Assembly (NCBI GenBank): GCA_028289135.1
Contig: JAQGGW010000001.1
Span: 12,018 to 76,017 of the forward strand
Length of the DNA: 64,000 nt
Direction of reading: 5' to 3'
DNA from: Candidatus Saccharimonadota bacterium
GTDB lineage: Bacteria > Patescibacteriota > Saccharimonadia > Saccharimonadales > JACDBH01
Part shown: positions 37,497 through 47,436 of the stretch, piece after piece
Layout: each line of letters starts with the position of its first letter
Position numbering within the stretch: the first letter of the stretch is position 1
Notes under the pieces: model-generated
Databases searched by the model: none
What the model saw: only the letters and a program-made list of their open reading frames with translations
What the model was told of the DNA's origin: nothing
Position numbers and translations under genes: made by a program

Positions 37497-38438
37497 TTAT
37501 TTTCGTTTCATGCGGAGGTAGCGTTGGGTCGCTACAAATGACGAGCCGACGCCGATGATGATACCAAGCAAAAGCTGGGCACCGACGATGTTCCAAAAGT
37601 GCATGGCGAAATATTTGCTGGCGTAGGTTATGTCGAGCAAGCCAAAGCTGCTGGCATTGAGTGTGCTGTTGGCGACCGAGAAAACAGCGTTACACATGAC
37701 AATAGAAACGACTGCGGACGAGACGCCGATGAGGAAACTCTCGACCAAAAACGGCCCGCGGATATACCACTTGCCCGCGCCAAGCAGACGCATAATGCTG
37801 AGTTCGTCACGGCGGTTGAAGATTGCCATTTGGATTGTATTAAAGATAATTAAGACTGATATAAACGCGAAGATTATGACTCCAACAATGCCGGCTTTGC
37901 GTATAAAGCTGGTGGCCTTGGCGATTTTGTCGATGGCTTCTTTGCGGTCGCCAGAATAAGACGTCTCATCGGACTGAAGGGCTTTAATTTCAGGCTTTTC
38001 GAGATAAGTTTTAATTGATTCAATATGGTCTGGATCATTAAGCTTGATCTGTAAACTTGCTGGAAGTGGGTTGTCAGTTTGATTAATGGCGACCTGGAGG
38101 TCGACGTTGTCTTTGTTGATATTAATATAATTTTTGAGCGCCTGGTCTTTGCTAATGTAGCTTATTGCTCTGACGTTTTGGATTTTTTTGAGGTCGGTGA
38201 TAAGTCCATTGCGGCGGGTGTCGGTAACGTCGTCTTTTAGGTAGACCGAGATGTCGATTTTGTCGCGGATGGTTTGGACGGTGTAGCTAAATGTGGCGTT
38301 GGCGATAACGGAAAAAAGCACGATGGTGAGCGTAATTATCATAACGGCCATTGCGGCCGCGCTGAGCCAGGCGTTGCGGACAAAGTTGTTCGTGCCGCCT
38401 AAGAAAATTCGCCAAAGTGTGGTAAGTTTGCGCCTCAT
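37497..38438 (-). CDS. ftsX: cell division permease FtsX
   Basis: RNAWLS, NPLPAS, IFNTI...RRDELSIMRLLGA...IRGPF. Confidence 0.95.
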   Translation of the reverse strand: MRRKLTTLWRIFLGGTNNFVRNAWLSAAAMAVMIITLTIVLFSVIANATFSYTVQTIRDKIDISVYLKDDVTDTRRNGLITDLKKIQNVRAISYISKDQALKNYININKDNVDLQVAINQTDNPLPASLQIKLNDPDHIESIKTYLEKPEIKALQSDETSYSGDRKEAIDKIAKATSFIRKAGIVGVIIFAFISVLIIFNTIQMAIFNRRDELSIMRLLGAGKWYIRGPFLVESFLIGVSSAVVSIVMCNAVFSVANSTLNASSFGLLDITYASKYFAMHFWNIVGAQLLLGIIIGVGSSFVATQRYLRMKRK

Positions 38439-38602
38439 GATGCAGCATGCCGCCTTTCTCCCGTTTTAAAGCTCATAGCTTCACTGAGTGAGGCTGAGAC
38501 GAACATCAGGCGCGAAGGCGTATTTTTGGAATACGTCGACAAGCGGTATGTTTGGCTCAGGCCGCTCATGAAGTTAGGAGCTAAACGGGAGGAATGCGTC
38601 AT
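38435..38602 (-). CDS. 55-aa bridging ORF encoded by the palindromic element
   Basis: MTHSSRLAPNFMSGLSQTYRLSTYSKNTPSRLMFVSASLSEAMSFKTGERRHAAS*; ATGA overlaps with ftsE stop and ftsX start. Confidence 0.45.
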   Translation of the reverse strand: MTHSSRLAPNFMSGLSQTYRLSTYSKNTPSRLMFVSASLSEAMSFKTGERRHAAS

Positions 38603-38605
38603 GCT
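38444..38605 (+). repeat. RPE-like long palindromic element, family C
   Basis: 162-nt interrupted hairpin; apex GGCGTA...TACGTCGA shared with 49970-50136. Confidence 0.85.
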
Positions 38606-39285
38606 CTGTACGTCCCGCCGGAATGGTCGCTGGTTACTTTGCCGCCTTCTATCGTGATGACACGGCGCTTAAGCTTGTTGACTATGTCTTGGTTGTGGGT
38701 GGTCAAAAGGACAGTGGTGCCGAAGCGGTTAATTTTTTCGAGTACGCGGATAACGTCCCATGCGTGTTTTGGATCGAGGTTGCCTGTTGGCTCGTCCGCA
38801 ATCAAAATTTTGGGTTGGCGGACGATGGCACGGGCGATTGCCACACGCTGACGTTCACCACCGCTTAGCTCCATGGGCATTGATTTTTCTTTTCCTTTAA
38901 GGCCGACGATGTCGAGTACGCGCGGGACTGTGTGTTTAATTTCTTTTGTGCTGATACCGATAATTTCGAGCGCGAATGCCACGTTTTCAAAAACGGTTTT
39001 GTTGGGCAAAAGTTTAAAGTCCTGGAACACTACGCCAATTCTCCGGCGGAGTCTTGGGACGTCTTTGTCCTTGAGATGTTCGTAGTCAATGCCACCGACA
39101 ATAATTTTGCCAGTGGTTGGCTTTTCTTCACGGGTTAAAAGCTTTAGAAGCGTAGATTTGCCTGCTCCGCTGGGCCCGACTATAATTACAAATTCTTTGG
39201 GTTCAATGTGCAGAGAGATGCGCTCCAGCGCGGTGGAATCGCTTTTTTTGCTGTAACTCTTGCTGACACGGTCTAGTAATATCAT
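38599..39285 (-). CDS. ftsE: cell division ATP-binding protein FtsE
   Basis: GPSGAGKS, RRRIGVVFQDFKLL, LSGGE, ADEPTGNLD. Confidence 0.95.
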   Translation of the reverse strand: MILLDRVSKSYSKKSDSTALERISLHIEPKEFVIIVGPSGAGKSTLLKLLTREEKPTTGKIIVGGIDYEHLKDKDVPRLRRRIGVVFQDFKLLPNKTVFENVAFALEIIGISTKEIKHTVPRVLDIVGLKGKEKSMPMELSGGERQRVAIARAIVRQPKILIADEPTGNLDPKHAWDVIRVLEKINRFGTTVLLTTHNQDIVNKLKRRVITIEGGKVTSDHSGGTYRA

Positions 39286-39325
39286 CAACTGTTAGTATAG
39301 CAAACCGCTCACGCTCGTACGACCC

Positions 39326-40210
39326 CTAAAAGCCTTTGAACTCCAATAAGCGTTTTTGCAAACGAATGTGACGCACTATTAATAAGGTGGCCAAAATAAG
39401 CAGCAACCCGCCGATTACAGAGCTTATCGTTACCGCAGTACCTTGGTTTAAGCGCGCCCACCGGGTAAGCGGCGACAAAGCGCCTTCAGGGTTTTGTACT
39501 GTTATGGTTGTAGCTTCGTTGATGGTTGTGCCGTTGGTCCGTGAAATTTGCATGGCAATTTGGTGGCTGCCGTTGCTGAGCAGTGTGGTGTCGAGCATGT
39601 AGCTTTTTGTGGTTGGGATTGGCTTGCCGTCGGCTGAATAGACAACTTTTAAAACTGCCTCTTCGTTTTGGCTGATGGTTGGGCTTGGAATAATGAGACC
39701 GCTTACGGGACCTGTACTTGGCGATGGAATTTGGGTCGCGCCGCTTATGTCTACGGCGCTTGCGGCTACGCTGTCGGACTGGCAGTTGCTGCCGTCACCT
39801 GCCGGCACGCAGTCGGTTTTTACTAGTAACAGGCGATCTATTTTTACGTCTTTTTCGGTTCCAATAAGCCTAGCCGTGTTTTTGTCAGTGCTGTCGAAAT
39901 TAAAATGGACTTTTGAGCTTAGATCACCGTCCTGGAACGAAACCCACGTCCACTGCCCTGGCGTAATGCTGCTCCCGCCTACTGCAAAACAACTGCCGCC
40001 ATTAATTTCAAGATTGTATTGGTTATGCTCAGTGTCTGGGGTTTGCATACGCGTCCATAGGTTATAGATGCCGCTGCTTGGAAGCGTTGGGATTCTAACC
40101 GTAACAGCGCCAAAGCTGGAGACGTTTTCGCAGGCAGCAATTGCGCGGCTATGGCTTGATGCCACCATAATTAGACTCAGAATCCCTAAGAAAAACGCGC
40201 GCTTCTTCAT
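39326..40210 (-). CDS. secreted, C-terminally anchored protein (CBM/Ig-like)
   Basis: Signal peptide, Cys pairs, LDTT.LSNG.H Ig-like motif, C-terminal TM plus basic tail. Confidence 0.7.
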   Translation of the reverse strand: MKKRAFFLGILSLIMVASSHSRAIAACENVSSFGAVTVRIPTLPSSGIYNLWTRMQTPDTEHNQYNLEINGGSCFAVGGSSITPGQWTWVSFQDGDLSSKVHFNFDSTDKNTARLIGTEKDVKIDRLLLVKTDCVPAGDGSNCQSDSVAASAVDISGATQIPSPSTGPVSGLIIPSPTISQNEEAVLKVVYSADGKPIPTTKSYMLDTTLLSNGSHQIAMQISRTNGTTINEATTITVQNPEGALSPLTRWARLNQGTAVTISSVIGGLLLILATLLIVRHIRLQKRLLEFKGF

Positions 40211-40253
40211 GCTTGTGTTTAATTATAACATCTTGGCCCAGTACTGAAGTCTC

Positions 40254-40500
40254 CCTTTCTTAGCTAAACCCCTTCCATCCTGGCATGCCGCACCCACCTT
40301 TAGGTAAGCTCCCGGTCAAGAGACACAACAAGCCTGCGGAACTTGATGCTATACGCATCTTCAAACAGTCCTCGGCTGGAATTTGTTGTGTCCTTGACGG
40401 AGCTTAGCCTCAAAAAGTGTGTGAGCATGCCAGGCTGTAAGGTGTTTAGCTTGCGGACGCTTAACACTTTTTTGCTACTCATTTCTCATAATACTTTAGA
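40254..40500 (-). repeat. Long structured element, family A, copy 2
   Basis: 190-nt rod 40262-40451; inverted homologue of 22555-22803. Confidence 0.85.
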
Positions 40501-40518
40501 AACACACATATCGTACGG

Positions 40519-40669
40519 AGGACTATTCCCCCAATACTCTCAAAGGTACTAAAGAACCCTGAGAGGAGCCGGGAAATGGCAGATGAGACCAGGCTATTTT
40601 ATATATAGGCTCATCTGCCATTTCACCGCGCGTGAACGGTACCTTTGAGAGTATTGGGGGAATAGTCCT
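40519..40669. repeat. perfect nested inverted repeat (family E, MITE-like)
   Basis: 31-bp perfect arms 40519-40549/40639-40669 and 15-bp perfect inner arms 40573-40587/40610-40624. Confidence 0.85.
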
Positions 40670-40699
40670 GGCAAAAAATAACGTAGGGAGCAGAGGGTT

Positions 40700-41785
40700 T
40701 TAAGCTTCGATGGTGGAGTTGGCGTAGGCGTCAATGAAAGGGTCTAGGCCACCTGCCAGTACGCCTTCGGTGTCGCTGGTTTCGTGGAGGGTGCGGAGGT
40801 CTTTGACCATTTTATAGGGGTGTAGAACATAGCTGCGGATTTGGTTGCCCCATTCAGCGGATTGGTTGACGCCTTTAAGGTCAGCGAGTTTTTCGAGGTG
40901 CTGTTCCATTTGGAGCTGCACTAAGCGGGAGCGAATGATCGTCATGGCGGTTTCGCGGTTTTGGAGCTGTGAGCGTTCGTTTTGGATGGCTACGGTTATG
41001 CCGGTTGGGACATGGGTAATACGAACGGCGGAATCTGTTGTGTTAACGCTTTGCCCGCCTTTGCCGCCGCTTCTATATACATCGATCTTGAGGTCTTTTT
41101 CGTCAATTTCTAGCGCATCCGGCTGATCAATTTTAGGTACCACTTCGACTTTGGCAAATGATGTTTGTCGGAGGCTGTCGGAATTGAATGGACTTAATCT
41201 GACGAGACGGTGGACACCATGCTCCCCTTTTAATTTGCCGTACGCCAGAGGTCCGTCGATTTCCATGGTTACACTTTTTAGTCCCGCTTCTTCGCCTGCC
41301 GACTCGGCAATGGTTGTGACTGTAAAACCGTGAGCTTCGGCCCATCGTACATACATGCGTAGCAGCATTTGCGCCCAATCTTGGGCGTCAGTGCCGCCAG
41401 CACCGGCGTAAATACTCATAATGACGTTGCCTTCGTCGTGCGGTTGGTTGTAGCGGAGTTCGCCTTTGAGCGCGTCGAACTTTTTGCTGAGGTTTTCTAG
41501 CTGCTGCTCAAGTTCTTTTTGCATTGAAGCGTCATTAAGTTCCGCAAGTTCTTTTAAATATGTAGCTTCGGTTATAAGTTCTTGCCAGGGGTCAATCCTG
41601 GATTTTAGTGCAGATTGTTCCTTCATAATCCCGCCAGCTTTTTGTGTGTCTTGCCAAAAATCTGGATTTGTTGTTTGGTCAGCAAGAGTCTTTAGTTGAG
41701 TTTCAAGTTCGGCAAGTTTAATCCGCTCGCAGGCATCAAAAATAACCTGAGCCTGCTCGTTAATCTGTTTTTGTAATGGTTCCAT
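40700..41785 (-). CDS. prfB: peptide chain release factor 2
   Basis: SPF motif, GGQ, WGNQIRSY; no internal frameshift. Confidence 0.96.
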   Translation of the reverse strand: MEPLQKQINEQAQVIFDACERIKLAELETQLKTLADQTTNPDFWQDTQKAGGIMKEQSALKSRIDPWQELITEATYLKELAELNDASMQKELEQQLENLSKKFDALKGELRYNQPHDEGNVIMSIYAGAGGTDAQDWAQMLLRMYVRWAEAHGFTVTTIAESAGEEAGLKSVTMEIDGPLAYGKLKGEHGVHRLVRLSPFNSDSLRQTSFAKVEVVPKIDQPDALEIDEKDLKIDVYRSGGKGGQSVNTTDSAVRITHVPTGITVAIQNERSQLQNRETAMTIIRSRLVQLQMEQHLEKLADLKGVNQSAEWGNQIRSYVLHPYKMVKDLRTLHETSDTEGVLAGGLDPFIDAYANSTIEA

Positions 41786-41826
41786 TGGTGTTAGTATAGC
41801 CTAACTTTATTGAAGTTATTGATGCT

Positions 41827-43119
41827 TCAGTCTTTGTTTTGCCAGAGTTGGGCAATTTGTTCGTGGAGTTCATCGGCCATGGGTTTGCCAGCGCTGCCTA
41901 AGAAGCCGATGGCCCAGGTTTTGTCTTGGAACATTAGCTCGGTAGTTTTGATAATCTTGGTCTTAGTTACGGCTTTAATGCGTTCTGGAAGTGCGTAGTA
42001 GTCATCAATTTCGTCTTCAAAATAAAAACGGTTTGTATAGCCAGCTGCCGTTCCACCGATGGTTTGGCCACTGCGTTGGTAGCGCCCTAGCATGTATTGT
42101 TTGGCGGCTTCGATGTCAGCTTCAACTATTTCGCCTTCGCGTACGGCGTTAAGTTCGCGGACGATAATATCGAATAATGGCTTGGCATTTTGGGGCATAA
42201 TCTGGGCGCCAAACCACCATGATACGTTGCTGGTCATTTGGTTAAAGCCGGAACTCATAGAATAGACCAAGCCTTTTTCGCGTGCGGAACCAAGAATCCG
42301 GGAATAAAGCGTTTCGGTAAGCATCGTGTTGATCAGCTGGCCGGCGTCCCATTCATCTTCGTTGAGCTTTTCTAGATGGAAAGTGTCCATAATAAAATAG
42401 AGGTTTTTGACACTTTGGTTGCGTAGATAAAGCGGCTTAGTACGAGCAATTGGCTCTTCGAGCGGCAACGGAATGCGGCCCTTGCCTTTGGCAAGCTCCA
42501 TTTCCTCAAGCATGCGGATAATTGTCGCCTTGTGACCCTTGATGCTGCCGGCGAAAACAAAGCGCATGTTGCTGGTGGTATGGGTTCGTTTGTAGTGGGC
42601 TTCGATATCTTTTTTGGTGTTGTTTTGCAGGATCTTAAGCCGTTCGCGGTCGGTCATGCCTTGGTAGCCGCAGTATTTGCGCATCGCCAGGCTGAGGTGC
42701 CTAAAGTGGTTATTGGCGCGGCCGTTTAGCTCTTCGCGGACATTGCCCATTTCGGCTTCAAATTCTTCGTCCAGGAACAGAGGCTGGCTGATCGATAGCA
42801 GCATGAGCTCCAAAATCCGTTCCCACTCAAATGCCGCGCATTCTGCTTCGTAGGTAATGTCATAAACACCGGTGCTGGCGTTGTTGTAGGCGCCATTTTT
42901 TTCGAATTCGGCCTGGAAAATCCGGGCTTTTGGATGCAGTTTATTGGCGCCCAGCAAAATGTGTTCCATGAGGTGCGGGGTTTCCCACTTGGCAGGATCA
43001 ACTAGGTATTCGCCGGCACGAAAGTTGAACTCAAAAGTCATCACTTGGGCATCGGCCACGTCAATCAACAGGCCCTCTGCCCCATTTGCAAGCTTTATTC
43101 GTTCAACGATATGCTTCAC
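41827..43119 (-). CDS. M16 family zinc peptidase
   Basis: HLMEH inverted zincin, NAST, REKGLVYS; GTG at 43119 just after the secA stop. Confidence 0.9.
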   Translation of the reverse strand: MKHIVERIKLANGAEGLLIDVADAQVMTFEFNFRAGEYLVDPAKWETPHLMEHILLGANKLHPKARIFQAEFEKNGAYNNASTGVYDITYEAECAAFEWERILELMLLSISQPLFLDEEFEAEMGNVREELNGRANNHFRHLSLAMRKYCGYQGMTDRERLKILQNNTKKDIEAHYKRTHTTSNMRFVFAGSIKGHKATIIRMLEEMELAKGKGRIPLPLEEPIARTKPLYLRNQSVKNLYFIMDTFHLEKLNEDEWDAGQLINTMLTETLYSRILGSAREKGLVYSMSSGFNQMTSNVSWWFGAQIMPQNAKPLFDIIVRELNAVREGEIVEADIEAAKQYMLGRYQRSGQTIGGTAAGYTNRFYFEDEIDDYYALPERIKAVTKTKIIKTTELMFQDKTWAIGFLGSAGKPMADELHEQIAQLWQNKD

Positions 43120-43120
43120 G

Positions 43121-45718
43121 CTATTTTTTGCGCTTTTTAGCTTTAGACTTGTTAGTGCGTTCTGCCTTGCGCGCTTTTTGCTTTTTAACTTTGGTTGATG
43201 CGGCTTTAGTTGCCTTTTTAGCATTTGGGTTAAAATCGGCTTCGTCAAACTCTTCGACATTAAGGATTTTGTCGGCATTATCTACAGATCCGCGGGCAGC
43301 ACGGGTTAGCTCTGTTTCTGTTGGCTGGTCAATGTCGGTTGGTTCGGCGTTAAATAGTGTGCGCAAAACGTCGTGGCGCAAAACTTCCTGCATAGCCGCG
43401 AACAAAACTTGTGACTGACGGCGGTATTCTACCAATGGGTCACGCTGTCCAACGCTGAGCCAGTGAATGCCTTCACGGAGGTGATCCATGTTCTCAAGGT
43501 GCTGCATCCATAGGTTGTCGAGGACCTGGAGGTAAACATCGCGCTCAACTTTGCGCATAATTTCCTCAGAAAATGCTTCTTCGCGGGCATCATATAGTTC
43601 TTCAACGGCGTCTTTTAGTACATCCGCGAACTTGCTTGGCTCGGCGTCAAAAACACGGTCCAGCACAGCTTCGTCAAACGGGAATACTTCGCGCAGGATT
43701 GATTCAAACTTGTCGGTTGTTGAGTCGGGTGAAGCGACTAAAGCGGCAATTTCTTCTTTGATGAACTCTTTGATCCGGACTTTGATGGTTGCCTGCAGCA
43801 AAATTTCGCGGCGCATGGCATAGATTGCTTTGCGGTGGCGGTTCATGACGTCGTCATACTGGACGACGTTTTTACGCTGGTCAAAGTTAAATCCTTCGAC
43901 TTTTTTCTGGGCGGCTTCGAGGCTCTTACTAATAATACGGTTTTGGATAGGGGTTGAGTCGTCGACCTTGAGGCGCTCCATAATGGAGCCGATGCGGTCA
44001 CCGCCGAAAATACGCATTAGTTCGTCTTCGGTACTAACAAAAAACTGTGTCTCGCCTGGGTCGCCCTGGCGTCCCGAACGTCCGCGGAGCTGGTTGTCGA
44101 TACGGCGGGATTCGTGTCGCTCGCTTCCTAGCACAAACAAACCGCCTAATTCTTTAACGTCTTCATCTAGCACAATGTCGGTTCCACGTCCGGCAATGTT
44201 AGTTGCAAGAGTAACAGCACCCTTTTGACCGGCTTTGGCGACAATTGCGGCTTCGCGTTCGTTGTTTTTGGCGTTTAAAACTTGGTGCGGGATGTTGGCC
44301 TTTTTAAGCATGCTGCCCAGTTCTTCGTTCTTTTCAATAGAAACAGTACCGATCAGCACTGGTTGGCCCTTGGTATGAAGCTTTTTAACTTCGCTGACAA
44401 TGGCTTTAAACTTGCCTTTTTCGGTCTTATAAATCCGGTCAGGATCGTCTTTGCGGGCCAGTTTGCGGTTGGATGGGATCTCGACAACTTCAAGCTTATA
44501 GATCTGGTGGAATTCTTCGGCTTCTGTAAGAGCAGTACCGGTCATACCGCCAAGCTTTTCGTACAAACGGAAGTAGTTTTGGAATGAGATGGTCGCCAGC
44601 GTCATGGATTCTTCTTGGACTTCTACGCCTTCTTTAGCTTCAATGGCCTGGTGAAGTCCTTCATTATAGCGGCGTCCTGCCAGCATACGGCCGGTAAATT
44701 CGTCGACAATTACCACTTCGCCGTCATTACTAACCACGTAATCCTTGTCACGCTTAAAGAGCAGTTCTGCCTTTAGGGCTTGTTCTAGGTGATAGATATT
44801 GCGGATGTTTTCGGTTGAATAAAGACTTTTAAGGTTCAGGATTTTTTCGATTTTTTCGACGCCTTCGTCGTTTAGGATAACGGTGCGGCGCTTTTCGTCG
44901 ATTTCGTACATACTAGGCTTTAGCTGTTTAACAACTTTACTGAATTGGCCGTAGCTAGCGCCGGATGCGACCGCTGGAGCGGAGATAATAAGCGGAGTGC
45001 GGGCTTCGTCGATTAGGATGGAATCAACTTCGTCGACAATCGCATAATGCAAGTCGCGTTGGCGGAGCTGGTCGGTTTCGCGCACCATGTTGTCTCGGAG
45101 GTAGTCAAAGCCGAGTTCGTTGTTGGTGCTGTAGGTAATGTCGGCCTGGTAGGCTTCTTGGCGGGTTGAAGGCTTGAGGTGCTGAAAGCGCTTATCGTCA
45201 TGGGAATTGTCGGTAAAGTCTGGGTCATACAAATATGATTGGTCGGGGATAATAACACCGGTAGTGAGGCCTAGGAAATGATAAACGGGAGCCATCCAGC
45301 CGGCACCAATGCGTGCCAGGTATTCGTTAACGGTAACAAGATGTGCGCCCTTGCCTGTTAGAGCGTTTAAGAAAAGCGGCAAAGTAGCGACCAGAGTCTT
45401 TCCTTCACCAGTCTTCATTTCGCCAACGTTGCCTTCGTGGAGGACCATGCCGCCGATGAGCTGGACATCAAAGTGGCGCTGACCGAGGGTTCTGAAGGCC
45501 GCTTCACGGACAAGCGCGAACGCATCCGGCAAAATTGCATCAAGTGATTCTTTTTCAAGGCGCTTTTTTAGAACAGCTGTTTGTTCTTTTAGTTTGGCAT
45601 CCGAAAGCTTCTTGTACTTTGGCTCAAGCTTGTTAACTTCCACGACTCTTTTGCGGAGGCGTTTAATGGTTTTGGCTTGTGGATCACCGAGCACACGCTT
45701 TAACAATCTATTGTTCAT
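43121..45718 (-). CDS. secA: preprotein translocase subunit SecA
   Basis: EMKTGEGKT, DEVDSILIDEARTPL, AGRGTDI, QLRGRSGRQGDPG. Confidence 0.98.
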   Translation of the reverse strand: MNNRLLKRVLGDPQAKTIKRLRKRVVEVNKLEPKYKKLSDAKLKEQTAVLKKRLEKESLDAILPDAFALVREAAFRTLGQRHFDVQLIGGMVLHEGNVGEMKTGEGKTLVATLPLFLNALTGKGAHLVTVNEYLARIGAGWMAPVYHFLGLTTGVIIPDQSYLYDPDFTDNSHDDKRFQHLKPSTRQEAYQADITYSTNNELGFDYLRDNMVRETDQLRQRDLHYAIVDEVDSILIDEARTPLIISAPAVASGASYGQFSKVVKQLKPSMYEIDEKRRTVILNDEGVEKIEKILNLKSLYSTENIRNIYHLEQALKAELLFKRDKDYVVSNDGEVVIVDEFTGRMLAGRRYNEGLHQAIEAKEGVEVQEESMTLATISFQNYFRLYEKLGGMTGTALTEAEEFHQIYKLEVVEIPSNRKLARKDDPDRIYKTEKGKFKAIVSEVKKLHTKGQPVLIGTVSIEKNEELGSMLKKANIPHQVLNAKNNEREAAIVAKAGQKGAVTLATNIAGRGTDIVLDEDVKELGGLFVLGSERHESRRIDNQLRGRSGRQGDPGETQFFVSTEDELMRIFGGDRIGSIMERLKVDDSTPIQNRIISKSLEAAQKKVEGFNFDQRKNVVQYDDVMNRHRKAIYAMRREILLQATIKVRIKEFIKEEIAALVASPDSTTDKFESILREVFPFDEAVLDRVFDAEPSKFADVLKDAVEELYDAREEAFSEEIMRKVERDVYLQVLDNLWMQHLENMDHLREGIHWLSVGQRDPLVEYRRQSQVLFAAMQEVLRHDVLRTLFNAEPTDIDQPTETELTRAARGSVDNADKILNVEEFDEADFNPNAKKATKAASTKVKKQKARKAERTNKSKAKKRKK

Positions 45719-45798
45719 AAGGTCAGTCTATCTCCCTGTAAATTCAGTACCCCCATTGTACCCGAAACTTAGACTGATTGACAGATGTAATTTTGACT

Positions 45799-46161
45799 TT
45801 AGGCTGTTCGGCGGCGGAGTCGGCCGGTCATGCGTCGCAAAAGGTGCGGATTGGTGTGGGTTTCTTTATATTTTTTGAGCTGGTTAACCAATTTCGCCTC
45901 GACAATATCAACAGCCGCAAACATATTTACGGTTGATTCTTTGGCAGTTAATGTCTCGTGCGGCATATAAACAACGAGTTCGGCGGTACACTTTTTGTTG
46001 CTTTGAGCTTTGTTTTCTTTAAGTTTTACTTCGACATGCGCGCTTTCACGAGCCTTTTTTGGCATATAGCGCTCCAGTTTGGCTACGCTTTTGGCAATGT
46101 ATTTTTTAAGCTTGTCATCGGTATCTTCGTGCACGCCTTTTACTTCGTATTTTTGAATCAT
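45799..46161 (-). CDS. hpf: ribosome hibernation factor HPF/RaiA
   Basis: KLERY, MFAAVD.VEAKL..QL.KYK; upstream of secA. Confidence 0.88.
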   Translation of the reverse strand: MIQKYEVKGVHEDTDDKLKKYIAKSVAKLERYMPKKARESAHVEVKLKENKAQSNKKCTAELVVYMPHETLTAKESTVNMFAAVDIVEAKLVNQLKKYKETHTNPHLLRRMTGRLRRRTA

Positions 46162-46188
46162 AAAACAAGCTCCTTTTTATGTTGATGT

Positions 46189-47436
46189 TTACAGTATAGC
46201 CCGGCCGCCCATGTATGGCTGTAAGACTTCAGGCACGCGCAAGCTGCCGTCTTCATTTTGGTAGTGCTCGATTATTGCCACCAATGAGCGCGCAAGCGAC
46301 ACCGCCGTGCCGTTTAAAGAGTGCATCATCTCAACCGTACCATCTTTTCGGCGGACACGAATATTGAGATTGCGTGTCTGGAAGTCAGTACAGTTACTAC
46401 AGCTGGTGAGCTCACGGTACGCCTCGTCTACAGGCGACCAGTATTCTATGTCGTACTTCTTAGCAGCCGGCGCGCCTAGATCACCGCTAGCAATGTTGAT
46501 AATGTGGTATGGAATGCCAATTGCCTGCCAGATCTCTTCTTCGATTGCCAATATTTTTTCGTGCATTTCACGACTGTTTTCGGGCAAAGTAAAAGCGTAC
46601 ATTTCCAGCTTGTTAAACTGATGTACGCGGAACAATCCTCGCGTATGCTTGCCGTATGTGCCGGCTTCTTTGCGATAGCAGGGGCTAAGACCAGCGTAAA
46701 GCAGCGGCGTATCTTTCTCGTCAATTATTTCGTCGGCATGATAACCAGTTATCGGCATTTCCGATGTTGCAATAAGCGAAAGATCTTCGCCTTCGATAAA
46801 ATATTCGTCACTTTGTTCACTACTTCGCGGAGCAAAGCCTGCCCCTGTTGCCGTACGACTGTTTACCATGTTTGGCACAATCATAAAGATAAAGCCTTTT
46901 TTGGTCACAAAATCGAGAGCAAATTGAGTAATTGCATTTTCTAGCAGGGCTAGATCGCCTTTTAGAAAGTAGAATTTTGCACTGGCTACCTTGGCGCCGC
47001 GTTCAAAATCTACCCAACCGCGCTTGGTCGCAAAGTCGAGATGGTCGGTTGCGCCTTTTGTTTGTTCGCCAAATTTTTTAATTTCAACACCGGCGCTTTC
47101 ATCCCCCACTGGCACGTCGTCAAACGTAATATTCGGAATACTCTGCAAAGATGCTTTGTGCTTTTCTTCAATATCGCCTAGGCCAGATTCTAGTTCTGTA
47201 AGATCGGTTTTGATCTGTTTGCCTTCATCTATTTGGGCCTGGTCAGGTTTGCCGCCCCCTTGCATTTTGGCGGCGTTTTCGTTTTTACGTTGGCGCAAGG
47301 CTTCAACTTTATTAAGCAATTCGCGGCGTTCTGTATCCAGTTTTAATAAAGCCGGAATGTCTACCGTGTAGCCCTTTTGTTTGGACTTTTCGGCGACAAG
47401 TTCGGGGTTCTCCCTGATAAATTGAATATCTAGCAT
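46189..47436 (-). CDS. serS: seryl-tRNA synthetase
   Basis: MLDIQFIREN, ATSE, YRKEAG, RVHQF, ELTSCSNCTDFQ, LNGT. Confidence 0.97.
   Translation of the reverse strand: MLDIQFIRENPELVAEKSKQKGYTVDIPALLKLDTERRELLNKVEALRQRKNENAAKMQGGGKPDQAQIDEGKQIKTDLTELESGLGDIEEKHKASLQSIPNITFDDVPVGDESAGVEIKKFGEQTKGATDHLDFATKRGWVDFERGAKVASAKFYFLKGDLALLENAITQFALDFVTKKGFIFMIVPNMVNSRTATGAGFAPRSSEQSDEYFIEGEDLSLIATSEMPITGYHADEIIDEKDTPLLYAGLSPCYRKEAGTYGKHTRGLFRVHQFNKLEMYAFTLPENSREMHEKILAIEEEIWQAIGIPYHIINIASGDLGAPAAKKYDIEYWSPVDEAYRELTSCSNCTDFQTRNLNIRVRRKDGTVEMMHSLNGTAVSLARSLVAIIEHYQNEDGSLRVPEVLQPYMGGRAIL

Noticed and set aside
40300..40482. 60-aa ORF within family A copy 2
   Set aside because: The equivalent frame in copy 1 begins ATA and stops after four codons; not conserved.
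41680..41785. prfB programmed +1 frameshift
   Set aside because: ORF is continuous; no CTT-TGA slippery site.
43120..43278. N-terminal extension of the M16 peptidase in the ORF track
   Set aside because: Overlaps the Lys-rich secA tail; GTG at 43119 next to the secA stop is the better start.
46162..46188. raiA motif RNA upstream of hpf/raiA
   Set aside because: Intergenic gap is only 27 nt.
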